Source: Somniosus microcephalus
Taxonomy: Eukaryota
Direction: 5' to 3'
DNA: 64,000 nucleotides
Assembly (NCBI GenBank): GCA_052327205.1
Contig: CM126204.1
Coordinates: 72,974,001 to 73,038,000, forward strand
The translations under genes were made by a program, and so were the position numbers. Below, in pieces: positions 12,224 through 25,342 of this stretch. The notes under the pieces were generated by a model. It saw nothing but the letters and a program-made list of their open reading frames with translations, was not told the origin of the DNA and ran no database searches. The stretch's first letter is position 1; every line of letters starts with the position of its first letter.

Positions 12224-15200
12224 ATCATTGTGGTGATTTTGATGCCCCAGTAGTGTCATCCTTGCTGAACTTCCAAGGATTCAGAACTGTAGTAATGTAA
12301 ATGCTGCAGACGTGGTTGGCAGAATCCACCAGAATCATTCTGGATGTGATCACAAAACTATTAAAAGACATTGATGACTTGAGATCACTACTCTGTGTAC
12401 TTGCATGTTTGATTTGAATTGTGTATTAAATATGTGTGCTGCTTATTATATTGTGACATGAATATAAAAAAATATATTCGGAAAGTGAAGTACAGTGCAA
12501 GAACTTTTAGTTTGTGTTCTTAATAGTACTAGTGGTGAAACTAAACCACATGGGAAAGTAGCAAAGGAGATGACAGGAAGCGTAAAGGCTTTCTTGTGCT
12601 CTATAAACAGTAACTACCACTTCCACTTTTCATTTTAAACATATTTCTATAATGTGTCAGAAGTAACGTCTCTTTCAAAAGCCTCAACCGCAGCAGACGT
12701 TTAGATCAGGGACACACGAATAAAATGATCTGTGAAATGTGGCCTGGGAGAGAAGGTGATGGGGCTCTGCTTGATTCCTAATTAATTGACTTTTTTAATT
12801 ACCCGCATGCTATGCATTATTTGGAGTGCGGGATTAAATGTATTGTAGTGGTTAAAGAGCTATGCCTCATGATTAGCTGATATGAAATGGAAAACCACAA
12901 TTCATTTTGCTAGCTTAAAAAGGCTAAATGATGCATAGATAAAAGTGATGTATTGTGTACTGATATAGTGCGTATGTATGCAATGTTAGCGCATTGCACT
13001 ACCCTGCAAATACTTCATGTTCAGTTTGAAGAATCGCAGTTTTTATGAAAATATACTAAAAATGAATTAACATGCTATGCAAGGCTGAATTGCTTATATA
13101 GCAAATAAATTACTTAAGTCCCTTTCTTTCCATGCCTTCCGTAGTACTGTAGTGCAGGGACATTAAACAATCATGGTGTACGGGGTAGCTCTAAATTGAT
13201 CCAAAGTAAAGAATGTTGCACGTTATTTTTTTCCTTAAACATATGTAGATTATTTTTTCCATCATATTAATATTATCATAGGGTTTAAATGGGGTGAGGA
13301 TTTTGAATCTATTCCCCTGAATATACCCGTCACTTGATTTAGTGCTGAAGTTGTTAATAGCATCAAAAGCAGACCACCCACAGGCCAAGAAGAGCTATTA
13401 ACATATCAAAATGGTAGGGTGCCTGAGACCTGCCACCTTTTTTTTCAACGTGACAGTTGCATTGACTGATGCACGTGGAGATTATTTTATCAGTTGCTCA
13501 TATCAATTGGGCAACAATGTGCCTTCTGAGGGTAAACTCAGTATCTGATGCATGTGGCCTTTCTTTTATTCCCTCCACTTTCTGAAGATAAGTGCATGTT
13601 GGCAGAGTCTGTAGTTGCAGACTGAGAACATTGTGGAAATTCATTGTGCTCTCTGGAAGGAAGCATAGAGTCATTACTGCCCTCTATTGTCAGAAATGGA
13701 ATAGCAGGATATTTTAGCGACCGGGGTTAAAGCTACTCATCGCAGCTTAATAGCACGACATTCCTGGAATATCTTCTGCTGTTGCTCAGATGAAATAAAA
13801 TTATACTCCAAAGCGTTTTGGCCAAAATAACCGGCATAACTTTTTTATTGATGAGATATAAAATATTTATCAACATCAAATGAGACTATTACTTGTTAGT
13901 GATTATTAAAAATATTTATGGTTTATTAAGTCACGAGTGTTATAAATACAGAGGATGCAAGATGTGAGTAAAAATTATGATTACAACACTGGCTTTGCAA
14001 GTAAGATGGATGTAAACTCAAAATTGTAGGTGATTCAGAAGTCCATCTGCAGTATGTTTTGGGTACAGTCTGTAATCAGTAGAAACATTCCTCTAAGCCA
14101 TTGGTTACAAAACACTTGGCAAGCACTTTTCAAAAGCACAATTTTAGATATTAGGTCAATATTGTCTATGTTTTTTGTGTTTTCCCCTCCCAAAATACTT
14201 AAAACTCCTGATGATGATGGCAGCAAGAGATTGTTCAAAATAAAATTTGCCTTCCATTGCTAAAATGTGCATGAAGACGAAATGTAAGGAACAAAATGAT
14301 GCAAATGGACGATAATACTCAATGCATCACTTTGCCGATTAATGTACCCAGGTGCTTATTAATTGCTTGGGTAATGTTGATCTGTGTAATGTGTGTTTGT
14401 GGTCTTAATGTTCTTGCATACTTTCAGCACTATATTAATGACAGTCCTAAAATGAAGTGTGTTTGGATTATTTCTAGCATTCACAAGCTGAACAGCTGAT
14501 TTTTTTCTTCTTGGTTTTACGACAGTAGAAATTTTGAGCTATTCGAATTATAAATAGGTATTTATCTGGTATTTATCTGCTCACTGTTTCTTGGATACAA
14601 TGGTCTATTCTACAATATTGTATTGAGTTAAACTAGCACTTTTTAGGATTGTGTTGAATATTTAGCATTTGTGGTTCAAATAGATCTGTGAACACATAAG
14701 AACATGTCTGTGTCTACTTTAACCCTTATAGCATGGCAAGAATGACTGCACCAGATTAAAGGGCAAAGCAAACCATAACATTTACATCCATTAGAATAGG
14801 ATTTTTTTAAATTGGCTAATTGCTGCACTTATTTAATGCTGCGCTGTATATTAGGTTTTTGAATTTACAGATCATTAGTGCACACAGAGTATGGCAGGAA
14901 AAGTTTATGTTTTCAAAGGGCATTCAGTACTTTATGGGTTAACATACCTGTAATGGTGTGTTTGCCATTAATGGAGCAACCAATATTAATCTGAATTAAT
15001 TAGAAATTAATATCCTATGTGCACCAGCGTGATACCATATTTATACAATTTGTGGTCTACTTCCCACAATAAACAAGTGTTCTGCCTGCTTGGGAGTAAG
15101 AGTCGTACAGATCTGATAACACACCGATAATATTTGGAACAATAAAAGTGCGAGGAAATGCATTTGCTTTCCTTGTATTAATGTAGTTTATTGCTTTTTT

Positions 15201-17619
15201 GGAGATTTTGTGTTGGCGCTTGCGTCAGTGGGACAGAAAGGTATGCAGCACAGTGCAATTATATGTTTTTAAAGTGTGCTATTTCTATGGCATGCTGCTA
15301 AAATTCTTTGTGCCCCCTGCCCTCCATGAAGGTGTGGTATTTTTGCACAGTAGACATTACTGTGGTCACTATGCTACTTCCATTGTAGCTCCATTGAACA
15401 ATGACATGTTTGCACTGGCTTTGTGAAGAAATGCATTCTGTATACAAATACACAGCAGATTGCTTATGCTTTCCTCTGTGCTTATTGTCAAACATTGGGT
15501 TAATGTAAAGTTTGTGTTCAGAAAGGATGCAGAATTCTCACACTGACAAGTGCAAAGTGGCTGGGTCTATGCCGAGGCAGATTTTGCAGGTTCTGTTGGT
15601 ACATGCTGTGGCCAGTTGACACAACCCCACCAAAAAACAGGATCCGACGCAAATAAATGTGAAATGTGTCGGGCTGGTCAATACCATATGATCCAGGCCA
15701 TTGCACATGATAACATTTCTTCTAAGCAGCACATCACAGATGAAATAGATTGTAGGTACGTACTGTCAGTACAGCATATAACAATATCAAGGGCTGGTCA
15801 TGTGCGATTGATGGAGCTAGGTGCACGGTTGCTCCTCCCGTTTGTAAACAGAAAAGATTAAAAAAATGTTTTGCCATTAAATATGTGCAACCGCCTTTTA
15901 AGGGGACGGGTCAGAACTAAAACAAACATCTTGTTTCTATTTAAAATGTTCTCTCGGATGATTTGAAAGTCAAAGGGGCTGGGTGCAGCCATGTCGTGTT
16001 TTATCTGAAGAACTGTAAGTGTGGCGTCAGGAGAGTGTGTGTTTCTGGACTGTGAAAACCTGGGAAAAGACCATGCTTATACTGCCTATACAATGCCAGG
16101 ACCTTCTAATGTGACAGCATAATACAGTTTGCAAGTACCATTTGAATGCCATTTTTTGTGTGCGAGTTCTGGCGGGTGAAATGCAATATCATTAAGTCGC
16201 TGCGTTTGATTTGAACGTTAGATAAGTTGAATTTAAATTATAAGGTGAAAATGTATGGCAACTAGAAACACGTGAAGTGCAGAAGTTTAGTCTATGAATA
16301 ATTTTTAATTGTGTTAATTGTAGGTATTAGACTAGCCGAATCTACGAAGTGTAGCAAAAATTACTAGCGCTTGGTCTTTGGTTGCATGGTAAATATATAT
16401 AGGCAATTTATTTATTAAATCTACACACAATGAAACTGCATATTGATGAAATCTGCAACCGCAGTTGAACCTGGTCTTCAGCCATACAGTAATTAGGCAG
16501 AAATGTTTTTTGTTAAATATTTTCAACTTGTATTGTGTGATTACCAAATCTTCAGGAAACACTTGCAAGAAAGCAACTGCCAGCAACACTGCGTCTGCCG
16601 AATGGTTAATTTAACATCAGAAGCAATTCTGAGACAGCCTTGCTTTTGGACAGTAAAAAGGGTTTACATTGGGTTAACGGAATGCAGGGAGACAGCCAGC
16701 TGTTGGAGCTCGCATTATTTGAAGGAGACCATGATTGGAGGAGCTGTATTTCAGAACAGTTTCTGCAATGGCTTTGACGCCGGTTAGCCTTTCTACAATT
16801 GCTTCAAGCCACATTGTCGTATTGCTTTGTAGCAAGCAATTCATGTCAACACAGTAAAGATATTGGTGTTTGCACAGGGGAAGTATTTGTCATCATACTT
16901 CTAGTGGATCCTTAGTTTTCAAGTTAGGTACGAAGGCATAAAACCCCCCCCCCCTATTAAATTCTCCCTAATCATGATTCCTGAACTCTCCGCTTTATTC
17001 TAAATTTGCAAGGGAGAGAAAAAAGCTGCCACTTTGCAAAATTTAGCAAAAGTGCAAGTAATGTAGCTGGATCAATATGTAAAACCTATTAACCAATCCA
17101 GACTTTTAAATTTTAAAAAGGTAAAAATGACAAGAGAGCCCTTAGTAAAAGCAGCTTTCAGGTTATGGTGCAGTCTGTATTTAGATTTTAATCTCTTTTT
17201 GTTTTTAAAACATAGAATGGTGCTTGCCTTTAAATTGTTTTGAGTGAAGCTATACAGATCTGACTTCTGGGAAACACAGTTTAGTTTTCAAAAGAGTAAA
17301 AAAAGCCATTGTGTATTTTATATAAAAAGATGTTAAAAAGGACTTCCTGTAGTGCTGTCAGTAAATATATATCATGAGATTTTCATTCTAGTCTACAGGA
17401 ATTTTATTGAGAATACTAGAGGCAAAGTAATGGTAATAAACCTGTAGTAAAATAAATTCTGTTAGCACAATCTGTCATTTTTACAGTAACTTCTGCAAAG
17501 AAGCAAATGAACATTGTCCCTTTAAGCTTTTTCATGCAGTGTTTTAAGACTAATAGAAAATTGTGCTTTAAATGCTGTACTGTATATGGTTGTGGAATTT
17601 TGTCTCCCTCCTCCCAGTT

Positions 17620-17943
17620 TAGTGACTTCCCGCCTACTGTACCTGCATTGCTTCCCTTAGCCAGTGTAGGAATTGTCCTGTCTGCAGTGCTTTGCTCTGA
17701 GTGGCTACAAACCCACCAATACGATGACTGGTGAGGTCGGGGATTGCATATGTAAAGACCTGCTTCATATTAATAAGCTACAATCGGGACTTTAAGACCT
17801 TGATTAGGAGAGTGCGAGCCTGGTCCCAGCTGGCTTTGCCTATAGGCTGTCACCAGAGAACATTTGTGTTAATTGCGCCACTCTGTCAGGGAACTTTGAT
17901 TTATTGCCAGGAGTGTGGGCTCGAATAATGGTGCTGAGCGCAC
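17620..17943 (+). promoter_or_regulatory. ESRRG: ESRRG proximal promoter and 5' UTR of the exon encoding the long isoform N-terminus
   Basis: 17775-17943 (AAGCTACAATCGGGACTTTAAGACCTTGATTAGGAGAG...GAACATTTGTGTTAATTGC...GCACATGG) closely resembles the human ESRRG 5' UTR as I recall it. CCAAT near 17716 and AT-rich CATATTAATAAG near 17766. The TSS cannot be fixed from sequence. Confidence 0.7.
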
Positions 17944-17999
17944 ATGGATTTGGTAGAACTTTGTCTCCCTGAATCTTTTTCTCTCCACTACGACGAAGA
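17944..17999 (+). CDS. ESRRG: ESRRG coding exon 1 (MDLVELCLPESFSLHYDEE, 56 nt, phase 2)
   Basis: Matches the ERRgamma N-terminus MDSVELCLPESFSLHYEEE. Donor GA|GTAGGT at 18000. Joins 46311 in frame (GA+G, CTT CTC TGC AGA ATG = E-LLCRM). Too short to appear in the ORF track. Confidence 0.95.
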
Positions 18000-18270
18000 G
18001 TAGGTACACTTTTTTTTACATTCTGGGCTTTTTGCTTTGCAGGGCTGTAGGGAATTTGTTGTATATGTGTGTCTGTGCTGCCTGCTTGCATGTTTTGTGC
18101 CAGGATTACGTCCTACTCTTCAGTGCAACGGATGTTCTCTGAATTATCTCCAGATTCCCAGAAGCAGTCTACTGTTACTGCATATTGTGCTGCTATTTGT
18201 AATTTAGCCAAAGATGTGAGAAAGCCAAAGGAATGTGCAAGGTTTCTGCTGTCAAATGCTATATATATTT

Positions 18271-18300
18271 TGTGTATGTATGTGTGTGTGTGTGTGTGTA
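18271..18300. repeat. (GT)n microsatellite
   Basis: Directly visible. Confidence 0.85.
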
Positions 18301-21300
18301 TCTATTTATTTGTCTATATATACATTTTTTAACGTTTAATTTTAAGGAGATATGAGGATACGTTTTTTAAAAAAAAAGCTTTGTTGATTTTTTTGCTCAA
18401 AGCTAATTTGTACGATTGTTTTTTATAATCTGCTTAATGTAGTTGCATCCAAATGAAATTTGTACACAAGGCTTTTGTTTCTGAATCTAAGGGGAGATTT
18501 TTAACTGTGGCAGCTTGCAGCAAACAAGGGGGGGGGCGGCGGGTCGGGGGAACTGTACCTTGATCTCTGTTAGCTGACAACTTGTCTCAAGTTCTCTCAC
18601 TTTTCATTGTATCATTCATCTCTTTAAATGATCGCCTCAGTTCAAGTCAGCAACAGGCTCGGGGTATAGGAAGAACGTCACAAACCTGTATGAAAATACC
18701 TTCACATCTCAAAATGCCTCGAATGGAGTTTTCTCCTGCTGTTCAGCTGCTTTTGCATATTTGCACAGAGCTTTAAATATTGCAAGAGGTCAGATGTTCC
18801 ATTTGAAAGATGTAGGATGTACACTGTGACAGACAACCTTGCATTTACAGGAAGGATGGCTATTTAGTGTGTTCATTTGTATGTATTTTGCTGCACTCTT
18901 TTGTTGTCAGAGCCTCCTGTGCTACAGTAATTAACCTGCAGTAAAAATAAAACCCTTGCGACTCCTGATTTCATTCCCTCCCAAAGCTTTTTTTTATTGA
19001 CAAGTCCCTGGCTTTGTGTTCGCCAAACCTTACCGAGCTGCAGAAGCCTGCCTATAATATTTTAATTGGAGAGACTGAGGAAAAAAAACAATATATTTTT
19101 GATCTGCTCAGAGTGTGTGTCTGTGCCACTGTGGTTAAGCTCTCCAGAGGAAATAGGCGATTACACTGAAGCAGTTTGTGCAGTATTATCTCTTTTACAT
19201 TCACTCGCCTTGTATTAAATTGTCATTGTCCTAAACCGAGAAAGAAATGAATTGCAGCTTTCAATACTGCCTGACAGTGAAATATTTACCCCCTGTGTCC
19301 CCAATCATACTTCACGTGTGTTTGATAGTGTGGCTTTGACATGAACAATCTCGCTGGCTTGATGCTCAGTTATTGCATCTTCCTTTGCTTTTCCCTCTCT
19401 GGACTTTAAGCGACAAAAAAGTTGCGCATCAGATTCCTAACATTACTTTCTCTCCCCGCCACATTTCCGTTAAAATGCCTGTTATCAAGTGTCACCTCAA
19501 ATGTAAGCGAAATGTAAACTGATACAAGCCACATTAAAGGGCGGTGCAGCGAGGCAGATTTAGCTTTGCTTGACAAAATGGCCTTTCCTTAAATGACCGC
19601 TCAAGCTGTCATGGCGCGAGCTGGGCGCGTTTGTTCATTGCGGCGGCCGCTTTACTGTACCCATATGGAGCTATGTAATTGGCTTCAGATTGTATTAGTC
19701 AGTAGAGCCTTACAGATCAGCACTGTCAGGTTTTAACATTAGTATGAATGACACCTGTCCAATCAATCATGTGGCCACAGCTCCACAGATGGAATGGGTC
19801 TTGCCTGCTTCAACATGCTGCTGAATCACAGCACATACTTGGCTTAATTTGTATTATTGTTCTTTCTGGAAATCAAGAGGAAAGGTTCATTCCGCACTTA
19901 AGGGCAGTGCTCAGACATAAAGTGCATGTATGGGGGGTGGGTGGAGATAGCTGGCGTAATGGCAAGTGCTATAATTGGCTTTACTGTGTTAAACTAATCC
20001 CAGCAGGTTACACAGATAAGACATTTCAGAACAAGTATATGTCCAGCTTCACTTGAGGCCCAATCCCGCTGTTGTCCAGTTGTCCAGTCTGCAAATTCTC
20101 AAGCAGATAACTCAAGGGGTGACTTTATACCTCACTGCTGCTAAAGATTCACCTTTCTATCTTGTCTTTTCTTAGGCTATTCTGCCTGTTCATGCATTAT
20201 TCTTTGTCTAACTTATAAATTACCTTGATGTAAATATATATTTAAAAAATATTTTTGCACAAGATATTAAAACACAAACATTAGAAATAGCATTAACTTG
20301 GTATATTTTTATGCTCATTTCAATAATTTACATAAAACATGCATTTAATATTTAACTGGGCAAAGGCTCCAGCGTTTATTAATTGTGGTTACATTCTGTT
20401 TGTAATACTTTTTTTTATCATGATGGTGCCTCAGATAACATAGAAAGTACAAAATGTTTTAACTGTCGTAATTGTCCTGTTCAGCTACTCGGTAAAATGA
20501 TGAGAGCTTTGAAATGTTGATATATTTTGAACAGGCACGAGCAATCATTTCTGGAGGCAGCTTGTTACCCAGTGTGAATAAAATGCCAAGTTTTACATCA
20601 GTGAAACTCAATGATTCATACTTCGGATTTCAATTCAAACAGCGGTAAGCCACACTATGGCATCTCAGTGTTTGAATTTTTTTTTTCCTTGCGACAGTGT
20701 TGGATAATTCAACCGAGGAGACATGCGTAAAATGACTACCTTTTCCCAAAGTCAATTTAGTGCAGCTATTTCATTTTCATTCAGTCTGCTTTAGGCAAGC
20801 ATGCAATCCAGAGGGTTATTTTTTCAATTTGTTACAGTAAGAATATTAAAGAATCCATTTTTAAGCACTAAGATTTTATTTTTTATATACCCCAAAAAGT
20901 TTTAAAGCTATTTCAAATAGTTAAAGGCTATTTTATTTTTTAAAGATTTTATTTTAAAAAAGGGGGTTTACATGCAAAAGCTTATAAGTTTGAGTAATTC
21001 AATAATGCTTCAGCTGGCTGCTGCTGCTGAACTCCAGAATAGTCCCCGTGGATTTTGTAATTAATATATGGACCTTTTTGTCAAGTTCTTTTTTTAATTC
21101 CTCAGCTCAAGCTTGGGTAGGAAGCCAGATTTGAATTTTATGTTGGACCGTATAATCTTCAGTTGTGGCCACAGTAGACCTTCAAACAGTTATGTTTTGT
21201 TAGCACATTTTGAAGGAACAGCAACCACTGCAGTGATCCTTATTCTTTTTAATCAGCATCATAAATTACAATTTAGTCCCCTGTATGTGCCTCAAATTTG

Positions 21301-23980
21301 TCTTGACAGAATGATGCTGGTGTTCAGTAGCATGTCACCAAAACCCATCTCACAAAGCACTGATAAAGGCAGATGCTAGTTAGCCCTGACGGAGTGCAGG
21401 AATGTAGCCATTCTGTGCCAATAGCTGCAACTTTCATCCTCGTGGAAGGCAGCAGGTCATACCCTTATTATTTTTTCTTTTATTTCCCCTTTTTTCCCTT
21501 TCAGATTGAGCACAGTGAGTTGGGTTAGGTCAGGTTGTTTGTGTGCACGATATAGGTTACTCCCTAAAACAAAACAGTTAGGTCGAAATCTAGTCAGCAG
21601 CTGGTGTGCGCAATGCAAGAAACAGGCTTGCGCCAGAAGGATGTGGACAACCCAAACAGACCAAACCAAAGCGAGAAGCGTTCTTCCGCTGGGTTCGGTT
21701 TGTTTCCTAAACAAAGAGCAGGGTACCTTAGGAAGGTCCCCACCCTACTAGTTAAAAAAATTGTCCAAGAATTATTTTTTGTTTCCAATGTTTATTCAAA
21801 TCTTTCACTCTTTCCAAAAAAGAAAAATCAGATCATCAACTTAATACTAACTTGAATCTGAAACGGGTTTGCTGGTATGTTTTTTAAACTGTGCTGGTTC
21901 AAGCTCTTATTTTATTTGGATTACAAATATACTTGATGTGAAGCAGTTTCCGATACACGTTAACGGGATAGGTACAGTATAACTCCAGACTCTAAAATCC
22001 ACTAAAGCCAAATGTCATACCACTTGGGCTGGGCATCGGGTGCATTAAAACTCCAATCTGACTTGAGTCTAGGTTTAAAAAGTGCTACGGTGGTCTGTTG
22101 GAAGATCTAGCTACTTTACAAACTTAACATTGGGTCTTTTTAATGTTATGGGAAAGTGGTTGCTCCAGCCCACTCTCCCCTAATGTTAAAACACACACCA
22201 GGCGAGGAGAGCTTTATCCTGGCATGCAAAATGTGATTTGCAGCCTGCAGTATAACTTCAGTCTAGCCAGCTGTAGTTCATACTTTACAGCTACTGGTCT
22301 TAGACCCGGTAGTACAACTTTAGAGATTTAATCAAAGTAGAGCACACCTGATTAAAACTTGAGGACAAAATTCTTTTAAAGAAAGCATGCTTTGAGACCC
22401 TTAAGAAGGAAAGGAAGTAGATTACAATACATGGGTGACTTACACCCTTTCAGGTTTAGCAATTTATGGAGATATTATGGACAAACGCACTCACCATTTT
22501 AAGCATCTGCTCATTAAGGTGATGAAAAACCTGCAATTCTTGAAAGACATGCACATCTATAGGTGTCCATTCGACCATATGTATATTCTCCAGTCTTCCC
22601 TATGTTCACCTTAAATCAAATCATTTCAGCTGGACTGTTTAAACGTAAAGCATACATTTTAAGGTTAACTATCATTTCATTACTGTAGAGAATAGTATTA
22701 TTATTAATTTTGCAAGTTATTTAGTCATCCCTTGACAAAATAGGACAGCGTTGGAGACCGTTGGTCAACGCAGTTTTCAAGATGAAATAGAAGAGTCCAA
22801 AAAAAAAGCAGAATTTCAGATGAAGATTGGTTTCTGCTGGATTGACGCTAATATACCTGGAAGGAAGCTAGTTCGTGCTGAAGCATCCAGCGTCAGACAG
22901 GGCTGTGTGCCATCTGTCCCACCTGCTGCATAGTTTGTCCATCTGGTTATTCAGAGTGTGCTTTGTGGGTTTTACCGGAGCAGCTTCAGTGCCAATAGGC
23001 AAGCAAGCAGAGTAAATTATTTAAGCAGCCAATGTAAACTGAAAGCTCTCACCCTAGATGCTGGGGATTGTGTTAAATGCTTGAAAGCTTCTATTTGCAT
23101 ATAGATTTAGATACAGTATATAGATCATAGAGGAGATTACAACCAAATTATCTTTATCTGGATTGTTACAGGACAATTTTCTTGTCTGTATTGGACAACA
23201 GCAGGAATATTTCTGGATGGTACTTTTTGTTTTGCAGGAAGAGGAAGTTAAAAGGAGGTGATTTATTTGCAGCGTAGTAGCCCTTTAACAGAGCACTAAG
23301 TGTTGGCGAATTTGCTAGAACCTCTTTAGAATGTCAAGTCTGCGCATTTTATTATTCCCTGTCATCAACTTACTTGCTGAGCAGTCTCTGCAAATCTGAT
23401 AGGGGATTTCAAATGGAAAAGAAACAATTGGAAAACATAGAACTAAAAGAGGGGAAATAAATCAAACAAGGAGTTTAAAGACAACACATCTATCTAGTCC
23501 ATATGTCTGTGTTCCACATAGTTCAAAGAGAAATGCGCTGGTGAGTGTTTGAAATGCTTGAAATTTTTGTTAGTGGTTCAAAGGTACATTTTGAATGCCC
23601 TGTACCAACCGTATTCTTTTTAATTGGAGTGGATATATAAACTTATTTTTAAAAGTTCACTGAGTTTATAAGCGCAATAAATTCATCATTTCACCAGTTA
23701 GGACATGAGCCACTGCCTCAAAGCAAAATGTGTTATAGCTGAACATTTTAGCAAAAAAAAAATTTAACTTTTAATTTATTTTATTCTACAGGGACAGGGG
23801 GAGGTAGAAACTTTACTTTTCTTGATGTAACATTATAAAAGCTCCTGTCACAACTCAAAACCGATATAATTTCAGAACAGCAATGTATTGTTAAGTCACT
23901 TTTTCAGATAACTTTGACTAAGCCTACATGGGTTTTAATGCACATTGAATTGACAGTTGTAAATGCTGTAATAACTCCAA

Positions 23981-24367
23981 GAGCTGAAAATTCTAACGAT
24001 CTGAGGTCTGAGACTTGCTGCTTTCGGACCTGGAATCTACAGAAAGTATGGCCAAGAAATTTGACTTGTGCCTAAAACGGGCATAGAGTTTATGCTTCTC
24101 CTGAGCCCTCAAAAGTAGGAACTGAAAAATTCCTGGGCAAACTCCGCCCATTTGTACTTGAATTTTGTTTGTAGGACCCCAATTTGCATATTTAAGGAAG
24201 CTAATGCCTGTTTCAGGCAGACACTCCGGACGACTAAAACTTGCCCAAGCCAACATGGAGTCTGCCGCAATTCTGGCATAGTTTGGGCATGGCAGATTGC
24301 GATGTGAAATTCGGAGATCTAACGATATTTTATGCCAGTGGAGGGTGTGAGTTGAATTTCTCAGTTT
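23981..24367. mobile_element. Probable old, decayed MITE
   Basis: Weak inverted termini GAGCTGAAAATTC and GAATTTCTCAGTT. Internal TTTGCATATTTAA motif resembles those in other MITEs here. Raised GC. Confidence 0.4.
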
Positions 24368-24679
24368 AAAATCTGATTGACCAATTGGAAATATATTGCT
24401 GCAGTGCTAGTACCCATATTTAGCCACTAGAGGCTGCTAGATCATTTTTATGTCACTAACTAGTCAGTGACTTAAATGGAGTACTGGCCGCAGCTCGCTG
24501 ATAAAATTCAAATGCGGCCCGAACCTGAAAATGGATTGGGCTCCTGGCTGTGGCCTTGGGCTGTTCCGTGGTTGCGCTGCCATCTTTGCGCCATCTCCAG
24601 ACCAATTGATCCGCATTACATTCCTTTTATTTAGTGCAGTGCCTTATTCTTTCCATATTTTTACTCTTCCTTCCCTCTC

Positions 24680-24985
24680 CCCCACCGCGGGGCACATGTA
24701 TCTGGTAGGCCACATTTCCATGGGAACTGTCATCCTCCAGTACCTTGCTCAAGTGGCCATTCTTCGTGTGTGAGCCTTGGACGGTGAATGCTGGTGGGCT
24801 ATTCAACTGCAGGAGACATCGTAACCAAGCCAAATCCTGACCGTGCCCGGCACCCACACATACACTTCTGGGATGAGTTACTGAATTACAAGCAGAAGTG
24901 GGTCCCCGGTTGGCCAGTGTTACTATTCGCCTCTCTAGCTTTGGAGGACTGAGACCAATTGTACAGCCGCTGCCCTGGCAGAGGG
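24680..24985. repeat. Old interspersed repeat, unclassified (probably SINE-derived)
   Basis: AAGTGGCCATTCTTCGTGTGTGAGCC...GCTATTC...AGCCAAATCCTG resembles a common shark repeat as I recall it. GC is above background. Confidence 0.4.
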
Positions 24986-25342
24986 CAGAACCTTTTTAGC
25001 CTTTTAGACAACTAGTGCAAATAGTTTAGGGAGTTATAATCCAAGCGTTAACTGAAAAATGTATAATGATGCATGCAGATTTTCTACCAGGAATCACTAG
25101 ATTTCTGAATAGAGTTTTGAATATTCATGTGTGGATTGAAATGAAGAGTATTGCTTGTAAAGCAGTTCTCTGTGTGAGCTGATCAAATAAAAAAAATGTT
25201 AGCTTAAGTGCTAGGCTCAAACGTTCCTCAAGAACAATCTGCAGCATATCTGTCTTACCATATTGTTACTGCACAATTTAACACTAGGCATACAGCGCAA
25301 TATATCTTAGGATTGTAACACACACTTTAGCCAATGGATAGA

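Noticed and set aside
22751-22933. ORF containing GCVPS, reminiscent of a human ESRRG alternative N-terminus as I recall it
   Set aside because: Only a 4-residue match, a non-ATG start, and no suitable in-frame donor.
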